This document shows positions 7,868 to 17,393 of a stretch of 26,113 bases of DNA, in pieces (position 1 is the first letter of the stretch; each line of letters starts with the position of its first letter). The stretch lies in NCBI GenBank assembly GCA_030615175.1, contig JAUWZX010000002.1:124001-150113 (forward strand). The letters run 5' to 3'. This DNA comes from Candidatus Parvarchaeota archaeon (GTDB lineage Archaea > Nanobdellota > Nanobdellia > WJKC01). Below the pieces are notes generated by a model. That model saw only the letters and a program-made list of their open reading frames with translations, did no database searches and was not told where the DNA came from. Made by a program: the position numbers and the translations under genes.

Positions 7868-8050
7868 CTAAATCCCCATTATTATTTGATAAATCACTTG
7901 TATCGTGAATCCTATGCTTCCAATTAATAAGACGCCTAAACCGCATATCTTTATAATGTTAATAAATTCATCCTTTGAAGGCTTCTTGCTGATGCGAATG
8001 ATTCGCTTAAATTCCTTTAATTGTCTTTTAAGTTTTAACACTAGATTCAT
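7868..8050 (-). CDS. secE: Protein translocase subunit SecE (Sec61 gamma)
   Basis: RIIRISKKPSKDEF followed by a TM helix GVLLIGSIGFTI; between ftsZ and spt5. Confidence 0.95.
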   Translation of the reverse strand: MNLVLKLKRQLKEFKRIIRISKKPSKDEFINIIKICGLGVLLIGSIGFTIQVIYQIIMGI

Positions 8051-8102
8051 TAATACGAATTGAAAAAAGAGTAAGGGTTTTTAAAGGTTTCTAAAAATTA
8101 TT

Positions 8103-9248
8103 TTATTCGATGAATTCAATGCCTAAGTCATTCTCTAAGTCAGTTCTCCTCTGCCTGCTTATTGTTTTCTCCCTGCCAAATATTTGAGGACTCTTAACGC
8201 CGGTGACTACAAGCATAACCCTTAAAGTCTCCTTCATATCATTGCTTAACTGAGCACCCCAAATAACGTTAGCATCATCATCCAGTTTGTCAGATATTGT
8301 TTCAACAACGGCCTTTGCCTCATCAAGACTCATGCTTGGACCGCCAATAACATTAATTAAGGCTCCTGTAGCCCCGTTAATATCAACGTCGAGTAATGGA
8401 TTAGTAATTGCCTTCTCAACCGCCTCAACTGCTCTTGACTCAGTGTCTGACTCGCCTATGCCAATCATTGCCACTCCACCCTGCCTCATGACTGCCCTAA
8501 TGTCAGCAAAGTCAAGGTTAATTAATCCAGGCTTAGTTACTAACTCCGCTATTCCCTTAACAGCGTTAGTTAATATTTCATCAGCCACTTTAAACGCAGT
8601 GTGTAATGGTAAGTCACTAGCTATCTCTAATAATTTATCATTAGGGATTACTATTAACGTGTCAACAGCATCCTGTATCCTTTCTAAGCCCTCTAACGCG
8701 TTCTCCATCCTGACTTTCCCTTCAATGCTGAATGGCAGTGTAACGACTCCAACTGTTAAGCAGCCCATCTTCCTAGCTACTTCAGCAATTACTGGCGCGC
8801 CTCCAGTTCCAGTGCCTCCTCCAAGCCCGCAGGTAACGAATACCATGTCAGCACCCTTTAATGCTTCTTTAATATCTGGCTCTGACTCCTTCGCCGCCTC
8901 CCTTCCTATCTGAGGGTTATTGCCTGCTCCTAAGCCTCCTGTTAATTCACGACCAACCAGTATCTTCTTATCACTAATAACGCATAGTAAATCCTGGGCG
9001 TCAGTGTTAATTGCTATTAATTCAGCTCCCTTAATCCCTACCTCACTCATCCTCATTAAGGTGTTGCCGCCAGCACCTCCAACCCCCACTACCTTGATTG
9101 CAGCTCTCTTACTTGACACTAAATCCTCTAATTCAGCGTCAATGTCGCGGGTTTTGCTTTGCTCAGGCCTGGGAGTTTTCACTCCTAAATAATCACTTTT
9201 CCTGAACCCTTCGTTTCGCGCTAAAGCACTGTCAATAATGCTTTCCAT
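8103..9248 (-). CDS. ftsZ: Cell division protein FtsZ (FtsZ1 context)
   Basis: [24 protein letters not shown] signature, NLDFAD T7 loop; ftsZ-secE-spt5 synteny. Confidence 0.98.
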   Translation of the reverse strand: MESIIDSALARNEGFRKSDYLGVKTPRPEQSKTRDIDAELEDLVSSKRAAIKVVGVGGAGGNTLMRMSEVGIKGAELIAINTDAQDLLCVISDKKILVGRELTGGLGAGNNPQIGREAAKESEPDIKEALKGADMVFVTCGLGGGTGTGGAPVIAEVARKMGCLTVGVVTLPFSIEGKVRMENALEGLERIQDAVDTLIVIPNDKLLEIASDLPLHTAFKVADEILTNAVKGIAELVTKPGLINLDFADIRAVMRQGGVAMIGIGESDTESRAVEAVEKAITNPLLDVDINGATGALINVIGGPSMSLDEAKAVVETISDKLDDDANVIWGAQLSNDMKETLRVMLVVTGVKSPQIFGREKTISRQRRTDLENDLGIEFIE

Positions 9249-9284
9249 ATTATTAAGAATTCACTAAGGTTTTTCTTAAATAGT

Positions 9285-9860
9285 TTATGCTTTTCTAGTT
9301 AGTATTTCTACAGTGATTCCAAGCACTTCCCTTACTTCCTGCTCTAACTTGTTCTTAATTTTTAAAGGCAATTCTCCATCAATGCTTGCGCGTAACTTCT
9401 TATTCACTAATCTTACCTTGCACTTCATTCCTGTGAAGGATTTAATGATTTCTTTTGCAATTAATGCCTTATCCTTTAACTCCTTTATGATTTTTATCTT
9501 GAATTCAAGAGTTTTGCCTGCCAGTGGATGATTAAAGTCAATTAGTATCCTGCCAGGACTGACACTCCTGACCTTGCCTATTAAGCCGTCAATATTAACT
9601 ATTAATCCAGGGTAAGGAGTGACATTGTCTTTCCTGAAGTACTTCATTGGCACTAATTTTATTAAGTTAGTCATTCTCTCACCATACCCTTGCTCCGGCT
9701 TTAGTGTTAACTCGTACTCGTCGCCTGCTTTCTTAGTCTTTAAGCTTTCATCAATCGTTTTTAATAAGTAACCCCTGCCTACAGGGATTATTAACTTCCT
9801 GTCCTCCACTACCTTATTATTAGTCCTGCCGGTTATCTTTATGCTTAATACTTTATTCAT
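9285..9860 (-). CDS. FKBP-type peptidyl-prolyl isomerase / chaperone (SlyD-like, with archaeal C-terminal extension)
   Basis: PEQGYGER, IF domain, DFNHPLAGKTLEF; ATG 9860 with GAGG upstream preferred over GTG 9878. Confidence 0.88.
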   Translation of the reverse strand: MNKVLSIKITGRTNNKVVEDRKLIIPVGRGYLLKTIDESLKTKKAGDEYELTLKPEQGYGERMTNLIKLVPMKYFRKDNVTPYPGLIVNIDGLIGKVRSVSPGRILIDFNHPLAGKTLEFKIKIIKELKDKALIAKEIIKSFTGMKCKVRLVNKKLRASIDGELPLKIKNKLEQEVREVLGITVEILTRKA

Positions 9861-9932
9861 GCCAGATTCCTCGTCCACTCATGTTTCCTTAATGAAAAAT
9901 GATGATTTTAAAAACGTTTTGATTACAAGATT

Positions 9933-9947
9933 AGAAAGTTTTATAAA
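9933..9947 (+). promoter_or_regulatory. BRE + TATA box for radical SAM gene
   Basis: AGAAAGT-TTTATAAA ending 24 nt before ATG 9972 (leaderless spacing). Confidence 0.6.
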
Positions 9948-9971
9948 TCATCTTCTTCGCTTCATATTAAC

Positions 9972-10946
9972 ATGAAATGTCAATTACCAAGAATAGAGAG
10001 ATTAAGAGTATTGCTTAACACTGAATGCAATCTTAAATGTCTTTACTGCCATAAAGAGGGACAATATTCGTTAAGAGAGAGAATTAAGTTTGATGAGTTA
10101 AAAGGATTGTTAAGAATATTAATGGAGTACGGCGTTGATGAAGTAAAGTTCTCAGGAGGCGAGCCATTATTGCATCCAAGAATAAGTGAATTAATTGATT
10201 ATACAAAAAATGAATTAAGAGCGGATAAGGTTAGTGTAACAACTAATGGAGTGCTTTTAAGAGATAAGGTGAAAAGATTTGAGGCTATGGGGTTAGATGA
10301 GCTCTCAATAAGCATTGATACCCTTAATTATGATACTTTTGAAAAATTAAATTGTGGTGACAAAACATTATTAGATAACGCTTTTGCAGGAATTTCAGAA
10401 GCATCAGAGAGCAATATCCCTAAAGTAAACTTAAATGTTACATTAACTTCACTGAATATTAATGAAGTTCCAAGATTGATTGATTATTCTAAAAAACTTA
10501 ATTTACCAATCAGGTTAATATCATTCATAGACGTTGGCAAGAAAACAAGTTATCTGCAGACAAGCCTTAAAGACTTAATAATTAATTTAGAATCATCTGC
10601 AGAGTATAGAACAGGAGAGCCATTAAAGGATAATAAAGCATACACTGATTACTTAATCAAAGGGCATAAAGTCACTTTCGTAAATGGAGTTTGCCCTGAC
10701 TGTGAAGAATGCGGCAGGAGTTACGCGCTTAGATTAACAACTGACGGCAAACTAAAGCCCTGCCTGATATCTGAAAAAGGAGAAATTGACATCCTGACTC
10801 CATACAGAAAAGGTGACATGAAAGAAGTTCATCATAACATAGAGAAAGCAGTGGCTTTAAAGAAGTATGGCTTAATCGTTTTTGCTGACATACCAGAAAG
10901 ATTTAATGTGAATAAGTATTTTTTACCACCAGAAGACCCAAAGTAA
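9972..10946 (+). CDS. MoaA-like radical SAM protein with C-terminal auxiliary Fe-S (Twitch-type) motif; probably not a true GTP 3',8-cyclase
   Basis: CNLKCLYCHKEG, KFSGGEPLL, TTNG, ISIDTL, CPDCEEC...LRLTTDGKLKPCL; lacks C-terminal GG. Confidence 0.85.
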   Translation: MKCQLPRIERLRVLLNTECNLKCLYCHKEGQYSLRERIKFDELKGLLRILMEYGVDEVKFSGGEPLLHPRISELIDYTKNELRADKVSVTTNGVLLRDKVKRFEAMGLDELSISIDTLNYDTFEKLNCGDKTLLDNAFAGISEASESNIPKVNLNVTLTSLNINEVPRLIDYSKKLNLPIRLISFIDVGKKTSYLQTSLKDLIINLESSAEYRTGEPLKDNKAYTDYLIKGHKVTFVNGVCPDCEECGRSYALRLTTDGKLKPCLISEKGEIDILTPYRKGDMKEVHHNIEKAVALKKYGLIVFADIPERFNVNKYFLPPEDPK

Positions 10947-10996
10947 TGGCTTGACAATAGAAACATTTAAAAATAAGATAATATATTTTTAATCCC

Positions 10997-11929
10997 ATGT
11001 TAGAAACGTACGTATTAACCCTCGACACACAGCAAAGCTTGAAGGCAGCTGGTTTTGACACAAATGTGTATGATTTAGAAAGAGAATTAATGCAAATTAT
11101 TAAAGAAGTATTACCTGATACTGAAATTGTAGGGGTTACTTACGGGGAACTTAAAAATGAACTTCAAAAGATAGTGAGAGAAATAAGAGATACTATGCCC
11201 GTAATTAGTCTTGACCCAATGTATATACCAGTAGCAGATGAGATTATATCAATAACGAGATTAATTGATCCGGAAACAGGCATAAAAAAAGAAGGACCAA
11301 GACCTTATTTTCCTCCACTAGAAGAACAAGTAAAAGAGTTAAGCAAAAAGTATAAAGGAAAAAACATTGCTTTAGCTGATGTTGGAGTATTTGAAGGAGG
11401 TTCTGAGAAATTATTGATATCACTATTAAAAGATGCTGGAATAAGTGTTGATTATGTTATAAATGGAGTATCAACAACTAGTGCAGACGAAATATTTAAG
11501 GAATTAGGTGTTACTGAAATACCAGTTTACAAATTTGTTTCAGAGAAAAATGATGAATTTGTTTTTGACTGGTTAGAAGCGGCAGACTTAACTGGGATTG
11601 ATGGCAGAAAAGTTGGCAGAAATGGAGTCCCAGCTGAAATAAAAAGGATTCCACAAGTGTACATCCCATACGCTTTAGGTGATATTTGCAAGTGGGCAAG
11701 CATTCCACAAGAGTGCAGTGAAGATGTTTCAAACAAATTCTTAAATATAACTAATAAAATCGTGGACAGGATTGAAAAGAACAGAGGGTCGCCAGTAACA
11801 ATAGGAGAACTTGGCTTGCCAGTAAGTATGGGGAACTGCATTGATGAACTAACAAAATACTATGTTAACCCTGAAATGCCATTTAAGGATGCTCTTAACC
11901 TTGCAATTAAAAAATGTTCCGAAAAGTAG
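10997..11929 (+). CDS. Divergent phosphoribosyltransferase-fold protein
   Basis: IALADVGVFEGGS is a degenerate PRPP-binding loop (hhhDDhhxxGxT); own TATA TTTAAAAA 10966-10973. Confidence 0.6.
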   Translation: MLETYVLTLDTQQSLKAAGFDTNVYDLERELMQIIKEVLPDTEIVGVTYGELKNELQKIVREIRDTMPVISLDPMYIPVADEIISITRLIDPETGIKKEGPRPYFPPLEEQVKELSKKYKGKNIALADVGVFEGGSEKLLISLLKDAGISVDYVINGVSTTSADEIFKELGVTEIPVYKFVSEKNDEFVFDWLEAADLTGIDGRKVGRNGVPAEIKRIPQVYIPYALGDICKWASIPQECSEDVSNKFLNITNKIVDRIEKNRGSPVTIGELGLPVSMGNCIDELTKYYVNPEMPFKDALNLAIKKCSEK

Positions 11930-11933
11930 AATA

Positions 11934-12698
11934 TCAATTTTTACTGAAAACTTCCTTTGTTAACTTCTTGATTTCTAAAAAATTCTTTTTAGCCCTTCTA
12001 TGGTTAGCAAAATACCAGTCCCTCATCCACTTTTTATTATTAATGTAAGACATTGCACCAATAGCATCTTCCTTCCATATGAAATCCTTTAAGCATAAAA
12101 TATCACACTTGCCCGTTCTACCATCAAATGTTCTTCCAGGGACCTTAAAACCAGTATATACTTCTTTTAAGAAAGGATACTTCTCAGAAGGGATTAAGAG
12201 GGCGATACCATAAAAATTCAATTTCTTCTTAGTTTTCTTCTTAAGTTCCTTTATAAAATACTTCAAGGTAGTTCCAGAAAAGATAACATCATCAATCAAG
12301 GCAACATCAATTATTTTTTTAGGACTCCTCTCAATTTTTTTAATAATACCATTAATTTGTTCTTTAAGAGGTTTAGATCGCTTTGAGGATTCAACACCAC
12401 AAACATCCCAGTTAGACTTCCTTTTTCTCCTAACAAAGGTGGTAACCACTCTCGTTTTGGGACATAATTTCTTCTTAATTAAGGCGTAAACGTCTTCTCC
12501 ATCCTCATCCATTAATAGAACTAAATCAAATTTCCTTTTCACAATTCTTTTAAGCTCGCTTGCTAATCTCCCTAATTCAAAATAAAGAATAACCTGGTCA
12601 GGAAAAGTGCAATTATAAATTATATCAAATACTAAATCTCTAACTTCTTTTCTTTCTGTTCTTAAATCATCCAAATAAGCAACTATGTCTGGTTTCAT
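11934..12698 (-). CDS. Type I phosphoribosyltransferase-fold protein
   Basis: Canonical PRPP loop VALIDDVIFSGTT. Confidence 0.75.
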   Translation of the reverse strand: MKPDIVAYLDDLRTERKEVRDLVFDIIYNCTFPDQVILYFELGRLASELKRIVKRKFDLVLLMDEDGEDVYALIKKKLCPKTRVVTTFVRRKRKSNWDVCGVESSKRSKPLKEQINGIIKKIERSPKKIIDVALIDDVIFSGTTLKYFIKELKKKTKKKLNFYGIALLIPSEKYPFLKEVYTGFKVPGRTFDGRTGKCDILCLKDFIWKEDAIGAMSYINNKKWMRDWYFANHRRAKKNFLEIKKLTKEVFSKN

Positions 12699-12863
12699 AA
12701 TCTAAAATAGAAAGATTATTTTTTTAAATGTATCTCTTTAGATTTAAAAATTAAAGCAATTAAAAATGAATGAGGCATAAGAAAACTAAACAAAGAGGCA
12801 TACTTGCAAATCACTGTGAACAAAAATACTTAAAACCAGCTAAAGAATTAGAGACGAATAAGT

Positions 12864-13604
12864 ATGTTACAGCCCCATATAAAAATTGAAAAAGCAGAAA
12901 AGTACGTATTACTATCTGGTGATCCTAGCAGAAGTAAAATGATTTCTGAAAAATTCTTGGAAAATTCAGAATTAATTGTGGATAATAGAGGCTTACCCAT
13001 ATATAGAGGATATTATAAAAACATTCCAATAATGGCTGCCACTTCAGGAATGGGTTGCCCATCAGCATCAATAGTTGTGGAAGAATTAATTAATTGCGGG
13101 GCAAAGATTATCATAAGAATAGGAACTTGCGGGGGATTACTAAAGGAAATGGAACCAGGAGACTTAATCATTCCTAACGCGGCAATGTGTTTTGATGGAA
13201 CAACAAAAGAATATGACTCTAAAATTGAAAAAATTAACTCTGATAAAGAAATATCTAAAGCCTTAATATCTTCTGCAAAAAAACAAAATTTGAAATACTT
13301 CATTGGAATAAACAGGACTCACGATGCCTTTTATGAACCAATGGAGAATTTTGTAAAACTTGCAGGCAAAGGCTTAATAAGCTCTGAAATGGAATGCTCA
13401 ATAGTATTCCTAGTTTCTTCCTTAAGAGGAATGAAATCAGGAGCCATATTGACTGTTAACACACCAGAGCCACCAGAAGAAGTACTGAAAGACCCAAATG
13501 TAATATATAAATTAGTTGATAAAGAAAAAGTAATGAAAGGTGTAGAAAACTCAGTTAAAGTGGCTTTAGAAGCTATTAAATTACTAGTAGAAAACAAAGA
13601 ATGA
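12864..13604 (+). CDS. Nucleoside phosphorylase (NP-I; uridine/purine nucleoside phosphorylase family)
   Basis: QPHI, GDPSR, NRG, GMGCPSA, RIGTCG, HDAFY, EME motifs. Confidence 0.92.
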   Translation: MLQPHIKIEKAEKYVLLSGDPSRSKMISEKFLENSELIVDNRGLPIYRGYYKNIPIMAATSGMGCPSASIVVEELINCGAKIIIRIGTCGGLLKEMEPGDLIIPNAAMCFDGTTKEYDSKIEKINSDKEISKALISSAKKQNLKYFIGINRTHDAFYEPMENFVKLAGKGLISSEMECSIVFLVSSLRGMKSGAILTVNTPEPPEEVLKDPNVIYKLVDKEKVMKGVENSVKVALEAIKLLVENKE

Positions 13605-13610
13605 AGATAT

Positions 13611-15128
13611 TTAAAAAAATTCTTTTAATTCTTCAACAACCTTATTATCCTTCACTAATTTCACGCACGGATTAACGTACTCGTACATGACGTCATCATC
13701 CTTCATAAAATTAACATGCTTTCTAACTAAATCATATAATTTCTTAGTTCCTGCGCCTAAGTTGTCTCTGCCTCTGAAATCAATTGCTTGAGCTGCATTA
13801 AGCAATTCAATACCCAAGACAGTCTGCGAGTTATCCAATATCTGCAAAATCTTCCTGGCAGCGATAGTACCCATACTAACATGGTCTTCCTGATTAGCTG
13901 AAGTAGGAATTGAATCAACACTCGCGGGATGAGATAAAATCTTATTCTCTGAAACAAGTGCAGCCGCAGTGTACTGCGGAATCATGAAACCAGAATTTAA
14001 ACCCATATCCTTTGACCCAATCAGGAAAGGAGGCAAACCATTATTATGATTAGGGTCAACTAGTTTCGCAATCCTCCTCTCAGAAATACTGCCTAACTCG
14101 CTAACAGCAATGCCTAAGAAATCCATAACCAAGGCAATTGGCTGTCCATGAAAATTACCGCCAGAAATCACAACACCATCATTTGGGAATAAGAGAGGAT
14201 TATCAGTAGCTGAATTAAGCTCTTTCTCAACAACAGACTTAACATACGCGATAGAGTCACGCGACGCTCCATGAACCTGAGGAGTACACCTAATAGTGTA
14301 AGAATCCTGAATCTTTTTTTCATCACTATCAATCAACTTGCTACCCTTAAACATTGAACGAATAATCCCTGCACTAACTCCCTGACCCTTATGCGGCCTA
14401 ACTTGGTGAATCCTTTCATCAAAAGCACCTGAAACCGCTTTGACTGCCTCTGCAGTTAATGACATAACCGCATCAGCGCTCTTCATTAAATTACTACTAT
14501 CATAAACAGCTAAACTAGCAATGGCAGTCATAACAGATGTTCCATTCGTAAGAGCTAAACCCTCTTTGCAACTCAGAACAACAGGTTTAATACCAGCCAA
14601 ACCCATAGCCTTCTTACTGCTCATCCTCTTACCCTTATAGAATGCCTCGCCCTCACCAATTAATGTAAGCATTATATGTGATAGTGGTGCTAAATCCCCG
14701 CTAGAACCAACAGAACCCTTCTCAGGAACAACTGGAACAACACTTTTATTAAGCATGTCTACCAGTGTATTAAGCACTATTAATCGTACTCCAGAATTTC
14801 CTTTTGCAAGCGCATTAATTCTCACTAATAATGTTGCTCTTACAATCTCCTCAGGAAACGGTTCTCCAACGCCCGTGGAATGACTTAGGATAATATTCCT
14901 TGACAACTTACCGACATCCTCTTTGGAGATGAACTTGCCTGCCAGGGCGCCGAAACCAGTTGTCACACCATAAACACACTTATTGTCAGAAACAAATTTC
15001 TCAATCAACTCATGAGATTTCCTTATCTTGCCCTTAGCCACTTCAGAAATCCTCACTCCCTCATGACTCCTAGCAACCACCACAACATCATCTACTCCTA
15101 AATTCCTTCCATCAATAACAACTACCAT
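13611..15128 (-). CDS. hutH: Histidine ammonia-lyase
   Basis: VYGVTTGFG, LSHSTGVG (SH specificity pair of HALs), GSVGSSGDLAPL (MIO site), QDSYTIRC, GGNFHG, NQEDHVSMG. Confidence 0.92.
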   Translation of the reverse strand: MVVVIDGRNLGVDDVVVVARSHEGVRISEVAKGKIRKSHELIEKFVSDNKCVYGVTTGFGALAGKFISKEDVGKLSRNIILSHSTGVGEPFPEEIVRATLLVRINALAKGNSGVRLIVLNTLVDMLNKSVVPVVPEKGSVGSSGDLAPLSHIMLTLIGEGEAFYKGKRMSSKKAMGLAGIKPVVLSCKEGLALTNGTSVMTAIASLAVYDSSNLMKSADAVMSLTAEAVKAVSGAFDERIHQVRPHKGQGVSAGIIRSMFKGSKLIDSDEKKIQDSYTIRCTPQVHGASRDSIAYVKSVVEKELNSATDNPLLFPNDGVVISGGNFHGQPIALVMDFLGIAVSELGSISERRIAKLVDPNHNNGLPPFLIGSKDMGLNSGFMIPQYTAAALVSENKILSHPASVDSIPTSANQEDHVSMGTIAARKILQILDNSQTVLGIELLNAAQAIDFRGRDNLGAGTKKLYDLVRKHVNFMKDDDVMYEYVNPCVKLVKDNKVVEELKEFF

Positions 15129-15222
15129 GCTAAAAATTAAAAGATATTACAATTAAAACCTTTTCTGTACTCCAAGAAGGAACCATAATATTTTTAAAAA
15201 GAAATTTTCAACTCAATTAATC

Positions 15223-16032
15223 ATGAACCAAAAACCAAGAATAACTTATTCACTGCCAAGACCAGGATGCCTATATACACTCTTATTTGATGCCAAGAAT
15301 ACAGAAGACATCTTCTTAGCCAGTGAGAACAGCATGATTGACACAGAAAGAATAGATACAATTGATAATGGATTAATGAAGCCACAATCAGTTAATCTTG
15401 AAAAAAATTCAGGGAACAAGTATATATTAAACACCCTTAATCAACTAAAAAGAATTAACGGACTCTTATTTCCAGGAACACTAATTGAAGATGTTGGAGG
15501 GTACTTTCATCCAACAATGCCAGTAATCAAGGATGGTGAAATAATTCATAATAGAAGGAAAATTTTTCCACCATTATTTGACAAAATCGTTGATGCAGCA
15601 AGGAAAGTGCTTGGAGAAGACAAAGCAAAAGAATTAGAAATAACGGCTCGTAAAAACTTACTTAAATGCTTTTTTGAAGAACCATTTAAAACACCATATA
15701 ATGCTATAATAAAAAGAAGTCTTGAGGAATCAATTAATTCCTTAAAACCAATTGAGCATGAAGACTACCTGATACTTCCAGTAATCTGCAATGAAATGCC
15801 AAGCATTCCAAGATATTATAAAGGAAAACCAGTGAACCTGATTTTACACTCATGCTGTGAATACTTTGATTCTAATGAAAGAAGATTAAAGTATTATAAA
15901 AGAGTTCTGCCGGAATTCATTGAAAAAAACGTTGTTGAAACCCCATTTTACCTGAATATTGCGGAAACAGGTAAGAACAGTCATGCCGGCATGTACAGGG
16001 TTAATAAAGCAGTGGAGATAAAAAAAATTTAG
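15223..16032 (+). CDS. Divergent carbon-nitrogen hydrolase (nitrilase-fold) protein
   Basis: Glu-Lys-Cys triad in expected order and context: DIFLASE, PGT, NRRKIFP, PVICNE, NLILHS. Confidence 0.55.
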   Translation: MNQKPRITYSLPRPGCLYTLLFDAKNTEDIFLASENSMIDTERIDTIDNGLMKPQSVNLEKNSGNKYILNTLNQLKRINGLLFPGTLIEDVGGYFHPTMPVIKDGEIIHNRRKIFPPLFDKIVDAARKVLGEDKAKELEITARKNLLKCFFEEPFKTPYNAIIKRSLEESINSLKPIEHEDYLILPVICNEMPSIPRYYKGKPVNLILHSCCEYFDSNERRLKYYKRVLPEFIEKNVVETPFYLNIAETGKNSHAGMYRVNKAVEIKKI

Positions 16033-16076
16033 TTAGATAAAATTATAAAGGCAATAATTATTAAAAAGTGATTAAT

Positions 16077-17357
16077 ATGGACTTTAATCGCGTGAAGGGC
16101 ATGCGGGATTTCCTTCCCACAGATAAGATTGTGAGAGAGGAAATCATCACTAAAATCAAGTCAGTATTTAAAAGATACGGGTTTGTACCAATTGAAACGC
16201 CAGTACTGGAGAAATGGGAGACTCTAAGCGCCAAGTTTGCAGGAGGAGCAGCCATCCTAAATGAAACATATAATTTTAAAGATAAAGCTGGAAGAATGCT
16301 TGGCCTGCGCTATGACCTAACAGTTCCCTTAGGAAGGGTGTTTGCAATGAATCCAAACCTGCCAACCCCATTCAAAAGGTACTGTATAGATAAAGTCTGG
16401 AGGTATGAAGAAGCTAAAACAGGACGCTACCGCGAATTCTACCAATGCGACGTTGACATCATAGGAACTGAAAGCTTGCTAGCAGATGCGGAATGCCTTG
16501 CCATAGCAATAGACATGTTCAAAACCCTTGGATTTAAGAATTACATTATTAAAATAAATAATCGTAAAATACTCAGTGCAATAATTAAACATATAGGGAT
16601 TAAACAAAAAATAGAACAAGTATTTAGAGAAATAGATAAATTAGATAAAATGATTGTAGAAGAGGTTTCAAAAAACCTGCATGAATTAGGCATAGAGCCT
16701 GAAAAAGTACAAAAAATCTTAAAGATAATAAGTGTGAAAGGCGAACCAGACTGGGTATTAAAATCTATTAAAAAAGAATTAGGGGATAACAAGGGAATAG
16801 AAGAATTACATAAATTATTAACTTATGCTAAGTCAATGGGTTTTTACAAAAATGTAGAATTAGATTTAAGCCTTGTCCGCGGATTAGGATTTTATACTGG
16901 AAACTTATTTGAAGCAAAAGCCATAGACAGTAAGATGACGTTCTCCATAGCCGGCGGCGGACGATGGGATAATATGATAGGTAAATTTGAAGGAAAAGGA
17001 AGAATGATACCTGCAGTTGGCATAAGCTTCGGCATTGACAGGATAATAAACGTTATGCGCGAACGCAAGATGGTTAAAGAATTAAAAACGTTTACAAAAG
17101 TAATGGTAACACACATAGAAATGGAAGAGGAAGCCATAATGATTGCACAAGACCTTAGGAACGAAGATATTAACACTGAAATTGACATGTCAGGTAAGAA
17201 GTTAAGCAAGGTCTTCAAGTACGCAGATAAGATAAGCATCCCATACATGGTGATTGTAGGGGAGCGCGACTGGCCAAAAATCACGTTAAGGGACATGCAC
17301 ACTGGCGAAGAGGAGAAAATCATGCCAAAAGACTTGCCTGCAAAACTGAAGACGTAA
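16077..17357 (+). CDS. hisS: Histidine--tRNA ligase
   Basis: VKGMRDF, LRYDLTVP, GRYREFYQCDVD, LVRGLGFYTG, IAGGGRWD, VGISFGIDRI, anticodon domain; ATG 16077 fits TATA at 16043-16050 better than GTG 16068. Confidence 0.97.
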   Translation: MDFNRVKGMRDFLPTDKIVREEIITKIKSVFKRYGFVPIETPVLEKWETLSAKFAGGAAILNETYNFKDKAGRMLGLRYDLTVPLGRVFAMNPNLPTPFKRYCIDKVWRYEEAKTGRYREFYQCDVDIIGTESLLADAECLAIAIDMFKTLGFKNYIIKINNRKILSAIIKHIGIKQKIEQVFREIDKLDKMIVEEVSKNLHELGIEPEKVQKILKIISVKGEPDWVLKSIKKELGDNKGIEELHKLLTYAKSMGFYKNVELDLSLVRGLGFYTGNLFEAKAIDSKMTFSIAGGGRWDNMIGKFEGKGRMIPAVGISFGIDRIINVMRERKMVKELKTFTKVMVTHIEMEEEAIMIAQDLRNEDINTEIDMSGKKLSKVFKYADKISIPYMVIVGERDWPKITLRDMHTGEEEKIMPKDLPAKLKT

Positions 17358-17393
17358 TGTTTTTAAACTACAAAGAACACTAATTTTTTCAAG

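Noticed and set aside
8287..9192. Long + strand ORFs (208 aa, 90 aa) opposite ftsZ
   Set aside because: Antisense shadows of a conserved gene; no motifs or expression signals.
9972..10946. Calling the radical SAM gene moaA or a viperin
   Set aside because: It lacks the MoaA GG tail and several GTP-contact motifs, and it has an auxiliary Cys cluster motif that viperins lack; left unnamed.
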